In this document: piece after piece, positions 1-8,741 of the stretch
How positions within the stretch are numbered: the first letter of the stretch is position 1
How the letters are laid out: every line of letters begins with the position of its first letter
Assembly (NCBI GenBank): GCA_963721385.1
Contig: CAVRJB010000019.1
Span: forward strand, 981,946 to 1,045,945
Source of the DNA: an uncultured Acidobacteriota bacterium
GTDB lineage: Bacteria > Acidobacteriota > Thermoanaerobaculia > UBA5066
DNA length: 64,000 nt
Direction: 5' to 3'
Translations under genes and position numbers: made by a program
Notes under the pieces: generated by a model
Databases searched by the model: none
Seen by the model: the letters and a program-made list of their open reading frames with translations, nothing else
Told to the model about the DNA's origin: nothing

Positions 1-1443
1 GGCTACTCCGGGGCGCGCCGCGACCGGTTCCGCGCTCTCCTGGCCGACGCCGAGTTCGCCTTCTTCGCCCTCGACCCGGCCAAGGCGATCCGGACGCTCG
101 AGGAAGCCTTCAAGCTCGACCGGACAAACGCCGAGCTGGCCTTCTTCCTCGGCGAGACCTGCTTCAACGAAGGGGAGACCGAGCGGGCCGCGGCGATGCT
201 CCGGCAGGTGCTGGCCAAGGAGCCGAAGCACTTCGAGGCGCTCGTCTACTCGGGCGTCCTCGAGAACGACGCCGGGCGGACGGAGCGCGCGCTCGAGCTG
301 CTGAAGGCGGCGGTCGCGGCGAAGCCCGACGCCTTCCTTCCGTACTTCGCCGTCGGCGCGCTCCTGGCGCTCCAGGGCCAGCTGACGAAAGCCGAGGCCT
401 ACCTGAAACAGGCGCTCGAAGTCGAAGAGAACGCCCAGGCCTACTCGCTCCTCGGGGTCATCGCGTACCAGCGGGGGAGGCTGAACGAGGCGATCGAGTC
501 GCTCCAGAAGGCCGTCCGCCTCGACCCGGAGGACGAGGACGCGCTCTACCAGCTCGGCCTCTGCTACCTCGACCGCGGGTGGACGCAAAAGGCGTCGGAG
601 CGGTTCCGCGCCGCGCTGGAGCTGAACCCGAACCGGATCGAGTATCAGGAGGCGAGCCGCCTCCTCCTCCCCGCGGGCTCGCGCTCGCTGCCGAAGGTGA
701 GCGGCGAGGCGGCGCGCCTCGCCCGCCGCGGCGAGGCCGCGGCGAAGACCGACCCGCTGAAGGCGCTCGCTCTCTACCGGCGCGCCCTCGCCCTCGACCC
801 CGAGAACCCGACGCTCCTCATTTCCTTCGCCCTCCTCTGTTCGGCGGCGGGCCGGACCTCGGAGGCCGTCGCCACGACGCGGCGCGTCCTCGCGCGCCAG
901 CCGGGGGAGATGGTCGCGACGGCGGCGTACGCCACGCAGCTCGAGGCGCTGAAGGCCGAGGGAAAGTTCCGGGAGGGGAGCCGGGTGGCCGAGGAGATGC
1001 TCTCAGTCGTCCGGTCGAACTACGCCCGCTCGATCGCCTACTTCGAGAGGGCCACGGCTCTGGCCGAGACCGGGGAGGACCTCGACGCGGCACTGGAGCT
1101 GGCCGACCTCGGTCTGAAGCTCTCGCCGAAGGAGATGCGCCACTTCCCGCTCGCGGCAAAGGGGTGGGTTCATTACAAGCGGCGGGAGTTCGACCGGGCC
1201 GTCGAATGCCTCCGCCGCGCGACCGAGATCGGGGAGACGTCCACCCACCTCACTCACCTCGGCCTCGCGTACCTCGCCGTCGGCGACGCGCGTGCCGCGC
1301 GGCAGGCGTTCGGCCGCGCGAAGCGCAAGAGCGTCCGGACGTCCGAGCGCGGCGGCCTCGAGGCCAAGATGCTCGAGCAGATCCGCCGCCATCTCCAGCT
1401 CACGGAGAAGCTGGCCGGGCGGAAGCGCCCCGCGATCCGCTAG
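1..1443 (+). CDS. Tetratricopeptide-repeat (TPR) protein, 5'-truncated by the window edge
   Basis: Frame is open from base 1 (GYSGARRDRF...LAFFLGETCFNEG) through the ORF-track ATG at 196 to TAG 1441-1443. Many TPR-like helical repeats (AYSLLGVIAYQRG, ALYQLGLCYLDRG, HLGLAYLAVGD). Confidence 0.85.
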   Translation, partial: GYSGARRDRFRALLADAEFAFFALDPAKAIRTLEEAFKLDRTNAELAFFLGETCFNEGETERAAAMLRQVLAKEPKHFEALVYSGVLENDAGRTERALELLKAAVAAKPDAFLPYFAVGALLALQGQLTKAEAYLKQALEVEENAQAYSLLGVIAYQRGRLNEAIESLQKAVRLDPEDEDALYQLGLCYLDRGWTQKASERFRAALELNPNRIEYQEASRLLLPAGSRSLPKVSGEAARLARRGEAAAKTDPLKALALYRRALALDPENPTLLISFALLCSAAGRTSEAVATTRRVLARQPGEMVATAAYATQLEALKAEGKFREGSRVAEEMLSVVRSNYARSIAYFERATALAETGEDLDAALELADLGLKLSPKEMRHFPLAAKGWVHYKRREFDRAVECLRRATEIGETSTHLTHLGLAYLAVGDARAARQAFGRAKRKSVRTSERGGLEAKMLEQIRRHLQLTEKLAGRKRPAIR

Positions 1444-2619
1444 AAGACGTAGATCGCGTTGGCGAGGATCGTGGGCTGGGAGTCGGTGAAGGCGGACTTC
1501 TTCTCGAAGACGTCGCGGCTGGACCAGTCGAGGCGGAAGTCGCCGCGGACGAGGAAGTGGCGGGAGATCTTCCATTCGGGGGTCAGGGTGACCTCCTTGA
1601 GGTACTGGGGGACGCCGGTCCGTGCGCCGTCGGGGTCGGCGAAGTACTCGCCGCGGAGACTGAGGGCGAAGCAGTCGGTGAGGCCGAACCGCGCGTAGCC
1701 GACGATCCCGCTCCAGGTGGCCGTCTCTCCGCTGGCCAGGAGCGTTCGGTTCGCCCCCGTACGTCAGCTCGAGGGTGAAGACCGTCCGGTCGGTGGCCTT
1801 CCACTGGGCCACGACGTTGCCGACGTTGCGCCAGTTCGCCGTCGTATTGGGCTGCTCGGGGCCGCCCATGTAGTTGCCCGTGATCGTGACGGCCTTCGAG
1901 GGGGTCCAGATGAGCTGGGCGCCAACGGACTTGCCGCTGTTGTTGTCCTGCACGACGTCCCAGCCGTTGCAGAGGACCAGCATGGCCGTGAGCTGGTCCC
2001 CGAACGACGTGGTGGCCTTCAGGCCGGTGTGGGTGAAGGGGATGGCGTAGCCGAAGACGAAGGAGCGGGTGGCGTTGTCGTTCCAGCCGTCGTACCCCTC
2101 GATCACCTCGTTGCCCATGTGGGTGATGAACTTGCCGAAGTCGAGGCGCAGGCCGCTGCCGACGGGGGCGATCCAGCTGACGGTGGCCTGCTGGAGGTCG
2201 AAGTCCTGGCCCTGGAAGAGGCCGGCGGCCGACGAGACCCTCGCCACGTTGCCGGCGACGGCGTCGACCCTGAAGCCGACGTCGCCGGGCTTCTCGACGG
2301 CTTTCTGGATGACGATCTCGGCCGCGTCGACGCTCACGCTGTTGTCCAGATAGTCGAAGACGCGGTACTGGTTGCGGCCGGAGGCCGGGCGGTTGGTGTT
2401 GTACTCGTACCAGACCGAGACGAAGCCGTTGACGGCGATCTCCTCGTACCAGGGCTTGGCGGCCGGGGCTGGGGCGGGGACCGGCGTGGGCGTCGGCTCC
2501 GGAGTCTCCTGTGCGAAGGCATGGCCGGCGGTGCCGGGAGCGGCCGCGGCGACGAGAGCTAAGACGAGAGCCCCAAGGCGAACGCGGGGCCGCTGCCGGA
2601 ACCGTCTTCTCGGATTCAT
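1440..2619 (-). CDS. Outer-membrane beta-barrel porin (putative porin-2/DUF1597-like), one frameshift near 1750-1758
   Basis: AGGAG then ATG at 2619; signal peptide ending AFA-Q; Pro/Thr linker; motifs DFGKFITHMGNEVIE and AIPFTHTG. After a shift near the C5 run (1754-1758) the frame continues ...GLTDCFALSLRGEYF...RGDFRLDWS...LANAIYVF-TAG(1440-1442). Terminal Phe is typical of beta-barrels. Confidence 0.8.
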
Positions 2620-2694
2620 CAGGAACACTCCTCTCGGGCGGGGCCACTCCGGTGAGAGGCTTGCCGCAGTTGCTTGGAACGGGTGGCTCGAGGC

Positions 2695-3060
2695 CTATGC
2701 TCTCTGTGCGACGTGGATCGGGGTAACGGCGTCGCGGTCCAGCTCGCCGGTCCGGATCCTGACGACCCTCTCGACCGGAGTGACGAAGATCTTCCCGTCG
2801 CCCACTTCGCCCGTCCGGGCGGCCCCGACGATCGCGTCGATCGTCACGTCGACGAACGGCTCCGAAACGCCGATGTCGAAACGGATCTTGTCGTGGAACT
2901 CGTAGACCAGCGGCTGCCCGCGGTAGCTCTCGAGGACCGTCTTCTCGCCCCCGTGCCCGGAGACGCGCGTGATCGTGAGCCCTTCGACCTCGGCCTGGAA
3001 AAGGGCGGCCTTGACAGCCTCGAGCTTCTCGGGGCGGATGATGGCGGTGATCATCTTCAT
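2695..3060 (-). CDS. glnK: P-II family nitrogen regulatory protein (Amt-linked)
   Basis: MKMITAIIRPEKL, YRG in the T-loop, ARTGEVGDGKIFV, RIRTGE; 121 aa; lies directly downstream of amt. Confidence 0.93.
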   Translation of the reverse strand: MKMITAIIRPEKLEAVKAALFQAEVEGLTITRVSGHGGEKTVLESYRGQPLVYEFHDKIRFDIGVSEPFVDVTIDAIVGAARTGEVGDGKIFVTPVERVVRIRTGELDRDAVTPIHVAQRA

Positions 3061-3073
3061 GGCTTCGCTCCTC

Positions 3074-4666
3074 TCACTTGGCGCCGGCGGAAGACGTGCT
3101 CCCGGCGAGGACGGGGGGCGCCATCCGTGCCGGAACGCTTGCGAAGACGGGGAACTGGACGGGAGAGCCGTCACCGGGATAGGCGGGCGCCGAAACCTCG
3201 CCGAAGTCGAGACCCTGCATCTCCTCCTGCGGAGAGACGCGCATGCCGATCGCGAGGTCGATGACTTTGAAGAGAGCGAAGCTCGCGCCTCCCACCCAGA
3301 GGACGTTCGCGCCGATGCCGATGACCTGGGCGAGGAGTTGCTTCGCGTCGCCGTAGAGGAGCCCCGTTACGCCGGACGCGGAGGCACCGTTCCAGCCGCC
3401 GCCGTACGTGCCGTCGGCGAGCAGTCCGAGCGCGATCAGCCCCCAGGCGCCGTTGACGCCGTGGACGGCGATGGCGCCGACCGGGTCGTCGATTTTGAGG
3501 CGGTTTTCGATGAAGAGCGCGGCGTAGACGACGAGGACGCCGGCGACCGCGCCGATGAGAATGGCCGAGGGCGCCGTCACGAAGGCGCAGGGAGCGGTGA
3601 TCGCCACGAGGCCCGCGAGCATCCCGTTGACGGCCATCGACAGGTCGGGTCGCCGGAACTTCTTCCACGTGGTGAGGTAGGCGAGAAAGGCGCCCGAGGC
3701 CGACGCCAGCATCGTGTTCGTCGCGACGACGGCGATCCGGAGGTCGGTCCCGGCGAGCGTCGAGCCGGCGTTGAACCCGAACCACCCGAACGCGAGAATG
3801 AAGCAGCCCAGCACCGCCATTGGCAGGTTGTGGCCGGGGATGGCCTGCGCCCGGCCGCGGACGTACTTACCGATCCGGGGGCCGAGGACGAGCGCGCCGG
3901 TGAGAGCCATCACGCCGCCGGTCAGGTGGACGACACCTGAGCCGGCGAAGTCGACGTAACCGTGCCCGAGGCCCGTGTACTTGCCGAGCGTCGACAGCCA
4001 GCCGCCTCCCCACGCCCAGCAGGCGAATACCGGGTAGATCAGAGCCGAGGTGACGAAGGCGTAGATCACGAAGGCGGAGAGCTTCCAGCGCTCCGCCATC
4101 GCTCCGGTGGGGATCGTCAGCGCGGTGTCCATGAAGACCATCTGGAACAGGAAAATGGCGAAAGCGGCCACGTCGTATGAGGCGCCGGTCAGAAAGAACC
4201 CCGTGCCGCCGAAGAGGCCCCAGGCATTGCCGCCGATGACCGGACCGATCAGCTTGCTCATTCCCTCCGGGACGGTCAACGCCGCTCCCATGGCGGACCC
4301 GGCCCCTCCCATCTGCAGCGCAAAGCCGGCCGCCCAGAACCCGAGGATTCCGAGGGCGTAGACCATGAAGTTCATCATCATGGTGTGGGCGGCATTCTTG
4401 GCCCGCGTGAAGCCGGTCTCCGCGAGTGCGAATCCTGCCTGCATGAACATCACGAGAAACCCGGCGACCAGCGTCCAGACGAAATTCAGCGAGACTCGCG
4501 TCTGTCCGACGGCGGCGCCGATTTCCTCGAGTGTCGGCTGGCCTGTCACTTTCGCGGGGACGTTCGAAATGCCTCCCGTCTTGTCGCCCGTGGCGTCGGC
4601 CATGACGGACCACGACGCCAGGATCAGCGCGCAGAGGAGAACGCTCAGGATCAGCCGCTTCTTCAT
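3074..4666 (-). CDS. amtB: Ammonium transporter (Amt family)
   Basis: AGGAGG then ATG at 4666; FMQAGFALAETG, IPTGAMAERW, DFAGSGVVH, GWFGFNAGS, DDPVGAIAVHG. Both pore histidines are present. Confidence 0.96.
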   Translation of the reverse strand: MKKRLILSVLLCALILASWSVMADATGDKTGGISNVPAKVTGQPTLEEIGAAVGQTRVSLNFVWTLVAGFLVMFMQAGFALAETGFTRAKNAAHTMMMNFMVYALGILGFWAAGFALQMGGAGSAMGAALTVPEGMSKLIGPVIGGNAWGLFGGTGFFLTGASYDVAAFAIFLFQMVFMDTALTIPTGAMAERWKLSAFVIYAFVTSALIYPVFACWAWGGGWLSTLGKYTGLGHGYVDFAGSGVVHLTGGVMALTGALVLGPRIGKYVRGRAQAIPGHNLPMAVLGCFILAFGWFGFNAGSTLAGTDLRIAVVATNTMLASASGAFLAYLTTWKKFRRPDLSMAVNGMLAGLVAITAPCAFVTAPSAILIGAVAGVLVVYAALFIENRLKIDDPVGAIAVHGVNGAWGLIALGLLADGTYGGGWNGASASGVTGLLYGDAKQLLAQVIGIGANVLWVGGASFALFKVIDLAIGMRVSPQEEMQGLDFGEVSAPAYPGDGSPVQFPVFASVPARMAPPVLAGSTSSAGAK

Positions 4667-4723
4667 CCTTCCACCTCCTGGTTGCCCGGGAACGCCTCTC
4701 CGGGTCTCGTTGTCCGCGCCCGA

Positions 4724-4739
4724 AGCACGAGCCGTGCCG
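4724..4739 (-). promoter_or_regulatory. Sigma54-type -24/-12 promoter of amt-glnK-porin
   Basis: Minus strand reads CGGCACGGCTCGTGCT: GG-N10-GC spacing, matching the TGGCACG-N4-TTGCW consensus, about 58 nt upstream of the amt start. Consistent with nitrogen-regulated genes. Confidence 0.6.
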
Positions 4740-5123
4740 CGCCCGCCGCGCGGGCAAAGATTTCCCGGAAAGCACTTCAGGGACGCGGCTTGTCGCATTC
4801 GAGCCGGCCCGGGACGCCTGCTTTGATAGCGACAAACTTGTATTGTTCTAGTTTTGGAGTGACGGTTATGTAAGAGACGACGCGCCGAGGCGCCTCCCCG
4901 GCCGCGCCCTCGGCCGGGTTCGGAGGATGGGGACCTTCCGTCCTTTCCCCGCCCTTAAACGCTGCGTTCAGGGTTTATGGCGCAGTTTCGGAGTCGTTTG
5001 CCGAGAAATGGCCGGCCGCGCTCCTCTGGCGAAGGTGACAGTCTCGATTGTGGCTACAGAAATGTCGAAACTGAGATCTGAGCATACAGGACTGTTGGAG
5101 CGAAATTCCCCGCCACCTGACCA

Positions 5124-5672
5124 TCACCACATCCCGACTGGGCGCGACGCGTCATAGCGCTCGGCGAAGGAAAGGCCGGCCCAGAACGTCTCCGGGGCCG
5201 AGGAAGCGATCTGGATCTCCCAGTCGCCCTTCCGGTTCCGAACCTCGGAGCCGAAGAGCTTGCGGCGCTTCGTCTCCGTGAAGACCTCCCAGAAAACGGT
5301 CCCGAAGTCGAGGATGGGGGGGCGGAAGAGCCAGGCGGGGACGCGGACGCCCACCTCGATCCGGACGTCCGCGACGCGCGTCTCGACGAAGCCGCAGGCG
5401 GAGAGCCGCTCCCGGACGAGCGCGGCGAGCGGGAGCGGGATCTCGTGCCGCCCGCGCCTGACGCCGCGGCCGAGGATCAGGTCGTCGATTGCTGCCGGAT
5501 CGGCGTCCATTTCCACTCAGCGGCCGGGGCGGACCGTGTCCGCCAGCGTGGTCCGGAGGCGCGGCAGGACGGCGCCGATCTTCAGGATCTCGGAACCGAT
5601 CACGCCGCGGGCGAGCGACGAGAGGCCGGCATCCGCCTTCTCCAGAGGGCCGAAGAGGAGGGCGACCTCCAT
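5124..5672 (-). CDS. Hypothetical protein, apparently split by an in-frame TGA at 5517-5519
   Basis: ATG 5672 has TAGACT 8 nt upstream. A 51-codon segment ends in TGA, immediately followed in frame by GTG GAA ATG of the 130-aa ORF (5124-5516). No family recognised. Confidence 0.45.
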
Positions 5673-5785
5673 GGCCGTGGAGTCTATAGCCCCCGGGGCG
5701 ACCTGAGAGAGAGTCGCTTCGGGACCTCGAACTTCAGGAAACAAAGTACTTGACAAGACGTGTACCTGGCGCGAGGCTTCGGGAG

Positions 5786-6088
5786 ATGGCCGCCGCCACC
5801 CAGCTGGATGCGATCGTCCACGCACGGCTCCGCCTCGGAATCCTCTCCTCGCTGGCAACGGTGAAGTCGCGAACGTTCGTCGAGCTGAAGGAGCTGCTCA
5901 AGGCGACCGACGGGAATCTCTCCGTTCACGCGCGGAAGCTGGAGAACGCCGGTTACATTCGGTGCACGAAACGATTCGACGGCCGCGTGCCGTGCACGGT
6001 GTACCGCCTCACGGAAAAGGGCCGAAAGGGGCTCGTCCGCTATCTCGACCAGATGAAGGTCCTGATCCGGGGCGTCCGGCGCCGCTGA
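5786..6088 (+). CDS. Winged-helix transcriptional regulator (ArsR/MarR-like, HTH_34 type)
   Basis: LDAIVHARLRLGILSSL...TFVELKELLKATDGNLSVHARKLENAGYI...YRLTEKG; GGGAG just before the ATG. Confidence 0.85.
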   Translation: MAAATQLDAIVHARLRLGILSSLATVKSRTFVELKELLKATDGNLSVHARKLENAGYIRCTKRFDGRVPCTVYRLTEKGRKGLVRYLDQMKVLIRGVRRR

Positions 6089-6139
6089 GGAAGCTGACGG
6101 GAGGGCGGGATCGGAAACCGCTGCTATCCTCGCGGCCCT

Positions 6140-7963
6140 ATGCGCTGGTCCCAGTCGTTTCTCACCACACTTCGCGAGGTCCCCGGCGACGCCGAGGTCG
6201 TCTCGCATCAGCTGCTCTACCGCGCCGGGATGATCCAGAAGCTCGCGGCGGGGGTCTACTCGTTCACGCCGCTCGGCTTCCGGTCGCTCCGGAAGATGAT
6301 CGAGATCGTCCGCGAGGAGATGGACGCCACGGGCGCCCAGGAGGTCGACCTCCCGATCCTTCAGCCGAAGGAGCTCTGGGTCGAGTCGGGGCGCTGGGAC
6401 CGCTACCTCGACGACGGCATCCTCTTCCACCTGAAGGACCGGAAGGAGGGAGAGTTCGCCCTCGCGCCGACGGCCGAGGAGGCCGTCACCGACATGGTCC
6501 GTCGCTCGGTCACGTCGTGGCGGCAGTTGCCGTTCAACCTCTACCAGATCCGGACGAAGTTCCGCGACGAGATCCGCCCGCGCTTCGGCCTCCTGCGCGG
6601 CCGCGAGTTCCTGATGAAGGACGCCTATTCCTTCGACCTCGACGCGAAAGGGCTGGACGCCCACTACCGGAAGATGGACGCGGCCTACCGGAGCATCTTC
6701 CGCCGCTGCAGCCTCGAGTTCGCGGTGGTGCAGGCCGACTCGGGCGCGATCGGCGGCTCCGCGTCGGAGGAGTTCATGGTCATCGCGGACACGGGAGAGG
6801 ACGCGCTCGTCTTCTCCGACGCGGGCGACTACGGGGCCAACATCGAGAAGGCCGAGACCGGCCCGCTCCCAGAGCCGTGGGCGGGGGAAGAGGCGAAGCC
6901 CTTCGGCGAGGCGAACGCGCCGACGCCGGGGATCACGACGACGGAGGGACAGGCGAAGCACCTCGGGACGACGCCGGCGCGCATCGTCAACACGATGATC
7001 TACGAGGCGGTCGGGGCGGACGGCAAGGCGTGGCTCGCCGCCGTCCTGATCCGCGGAGACCTGGAGATCAACGAGGTCAAGCTCCCCAAGGCGATCGGCG
7101 CGCTCCACGTGAAGCTGGCTTCGGAGGAGGTTCTTGGAAAGGTCACGGGCACGCGGCCCGGCTTCGTCGGGCCGCTCGGGCTTCTTCCTCTCGAAGAAAA
7201 CCCCGTTCTTCTCTTCGTGGACCGTTCCCTGGAGCATGGACGGAACGTGTGGTGCGGCGCGAACCGGGAGGGTCTGCACCACTCGAACGTGTCCATCCCG
7301 CGCGATGTGATGTCCGTTTCCTCGTTCAAGGGCGTCGTCGAGGTCGCGACTGCGCGCGACGGCGATCCCTCGCCCGTCGGGACGGATGTCACGGTCGCCC
7401 TAACGGGAGTGAGCGCAAAGGGAGGGGTGGGGACGCTCCGGATCAAACGCGGCATCGAGGTCGGGCACATCTTCAAGCTCGGGACGAAGTACTCCGAGGC
7501 GATGCGCTGCGAGGTGGCCGACCAGAAGCAGCAGGCGGTTCCGCTGACGATGGGCTGCTACGGGCTCGGCCTCGGCCGGACCGTGGCCGCCGCCATCGAG
7601 CAGAACCACGACGACGACGGCATCATCTGGCCGGTCCCGCTGGCCCCCTATGCCTGTGTCGTCGTCTCGCTCCAGCGCGACGCCGAGGTGATCGCGGCGG
7701 CCGACCGGCTCTACGCGGCGCTGAAGGCCGCGGGCGTCGAGGTCTTCTACGACGACCGGGACGAGCGCCCGGGTGTGAAGTTCAAGGACGCCGACCTGAT
7801 CGGCTTCCCGGTCCGCGTCGTCGTGGGCGGAAAGGCGCTCGCGAAGGGTGTCGTCGAAGTTTCGGCGCGCCGCGAGAAGGTCAAGCACGAGATCCCGCCG
7901 GAAACGGTCGTCGACGTCGTGATAAAGACGCTGGCCGCCGGAGCGAGATCGCTCGTTCCATAG
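6140..7963 (+). CDS. proS: Prolyl-tRNA synthetase, bacterial type with INS editing domain
   Basis: MRWSQSFLTTLREVP, YQIRTKFRDEIRPRFGLLRGREFLMKDAYSF, GIEVGHIFKLGTKYS, MGCYGLG, RPGVKFKDADLIG. Confidence 0.98.
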   Translation: MRWSQSFLTTLREVPGDAEVVSHQLLYRAGMIQKLAAGVYSFTPLGFRSLRKMIEIVREEMDATGAQEVDLPILQPKELWVESGRWDRYLDDGILFHLKDRKEGEFALAPTAEEAVTDMVRRSVTSWRQLPFNLYQIRTKFRDEIRPRFGLLRGREFLMKDAYSFDLDAKGLDAHYRKMDAAYRSIFRRCSLEFAVVQADSGAIGGSASEEFMVIADTGEDALVFSDAGDYGANIEKAETGPLPEPWAGEEAKPFGEANAPTPGITTTEGQAKHLGTTPARIVNTMIYEAVGADGKAWLAAVLIRGDLEINEVKLPKAIGALHVKLASEEVLGKVTGTRPGFVGPLGLLPLEENPVLLFVDRSLEHGRNVWCGANREGLHHSNVSIPRDVMSVSSFKGVVEVATARDGDPSPVGTDVTVALTGVSAKGGVGTLRIKRGIEVGHIFKLGTKYSEAMRCEVADQKQQAVPLTMGCYGLGLGRTVAAAIEQNHDDDGIIWPVPLAPYACVVVSLQRDAEVIAAADRLYAALKAAGVEVFYDDRDERPGVKFKDADLIGFPVRVVVGGKALAKGVVEVSARREKVKHEIPPETVVDVVIKTLAAGARSLVP

Positions 7964-8015
7964 TTCCCGGGATGCGCGGCGAAAGGCCGGGGGAGAGAAG
8001 AGGGCGTCCCGGCCC

Positions 8016-8741
8016 GTGACAAAGACGCTCGGCCGCAGCGCGTCGCCCCGGACGGAAGTCGTCTGGATCGGGGCCACCGCTGTGGTCCTCGGCCTGCCGC
8101 TCCTCTCCGGATCGGTGCTCGCCGGACACGGCATGCGGACGTACCTGTTGTATGCGCCGCAGGTCGCCGCGAACCTCCGAGACGGGATCCTGTTCCCCGC
8201 ATGGGCGCCGGACCTGAACGGTGGCCCTGCGCGGCTGGCTGGGCGCCGAAGGGTGGGAGGGCACCCTCGCGGCGCCGATCGTCTACATGGCGGCGCCGTA
8301 CCGCGTCATCGACGTCCACGAGCGGACCGCGCTCTCCGAGCACTGGGCCTTCGTCTTTCCGCCGCTCGTCCTCTGGGCGCTGGCGTCCGGGAGGCTCTCG
8401 CGGGGCCGCCGCTCCGGGTCCGGGTGACCGAGTGGAGGAGGCTGCGGCGGAGCGTCGCCGTGTCCCTCGAGCACCCGACGACGGTCGTACTCCATGCCCT
8501 TTTCTTCCCGGGGATGGGGATCGAAATCGACGGCCGCAGGGTCGTCGCCGCGGTGGAGCGTCGGACGGGTCTTCTCTCGGCCGTCGTGCCGGCGGGAGAG
8601 CACGTGGTGACCTGGATCTGGCGCCCGTTTTCTCCCCTCGGCGCGGCCCGGATCGCCAGCCTCGTCTGCCTCGTCGCCGTTCTCAGCGCGGCGGGGTTCC
8701 CGCGGACGGCGCCGCGTCCGGCGGCAGCTCCCAGATCGTGA
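8016..8741 (+). pseudogene. Internally deleted remnant of a PTPS-related/YfhO-like GT-C membrane protein
   Basis: Three recognisable pieces in alternating frames: N-terminal FPAWAPDLNGG; middle YMAAPYRVIDVHERTALSEHWAFVFPPL; C-terminal LFFPG...IDG...GLLSAVVPAGEHVV. Total length is far shorter than intact family members. Confidence 0.6.

Noticed and set aside
5517-5519. Selenocysteine recoding of the in-frame TGA
   Set aside because: No redox motif context and no convincing SECIS-like hairpin just downstream; Trp-to-stop or a base error is simpler.
5746-5760. TTGACA at 5750 as a sigma70 -35 box
   Set aside because: No -10 hexamer at 16-18 nt spacing. The CTTGACAAG palindrome may be an operator, but there is no supporting evidence.
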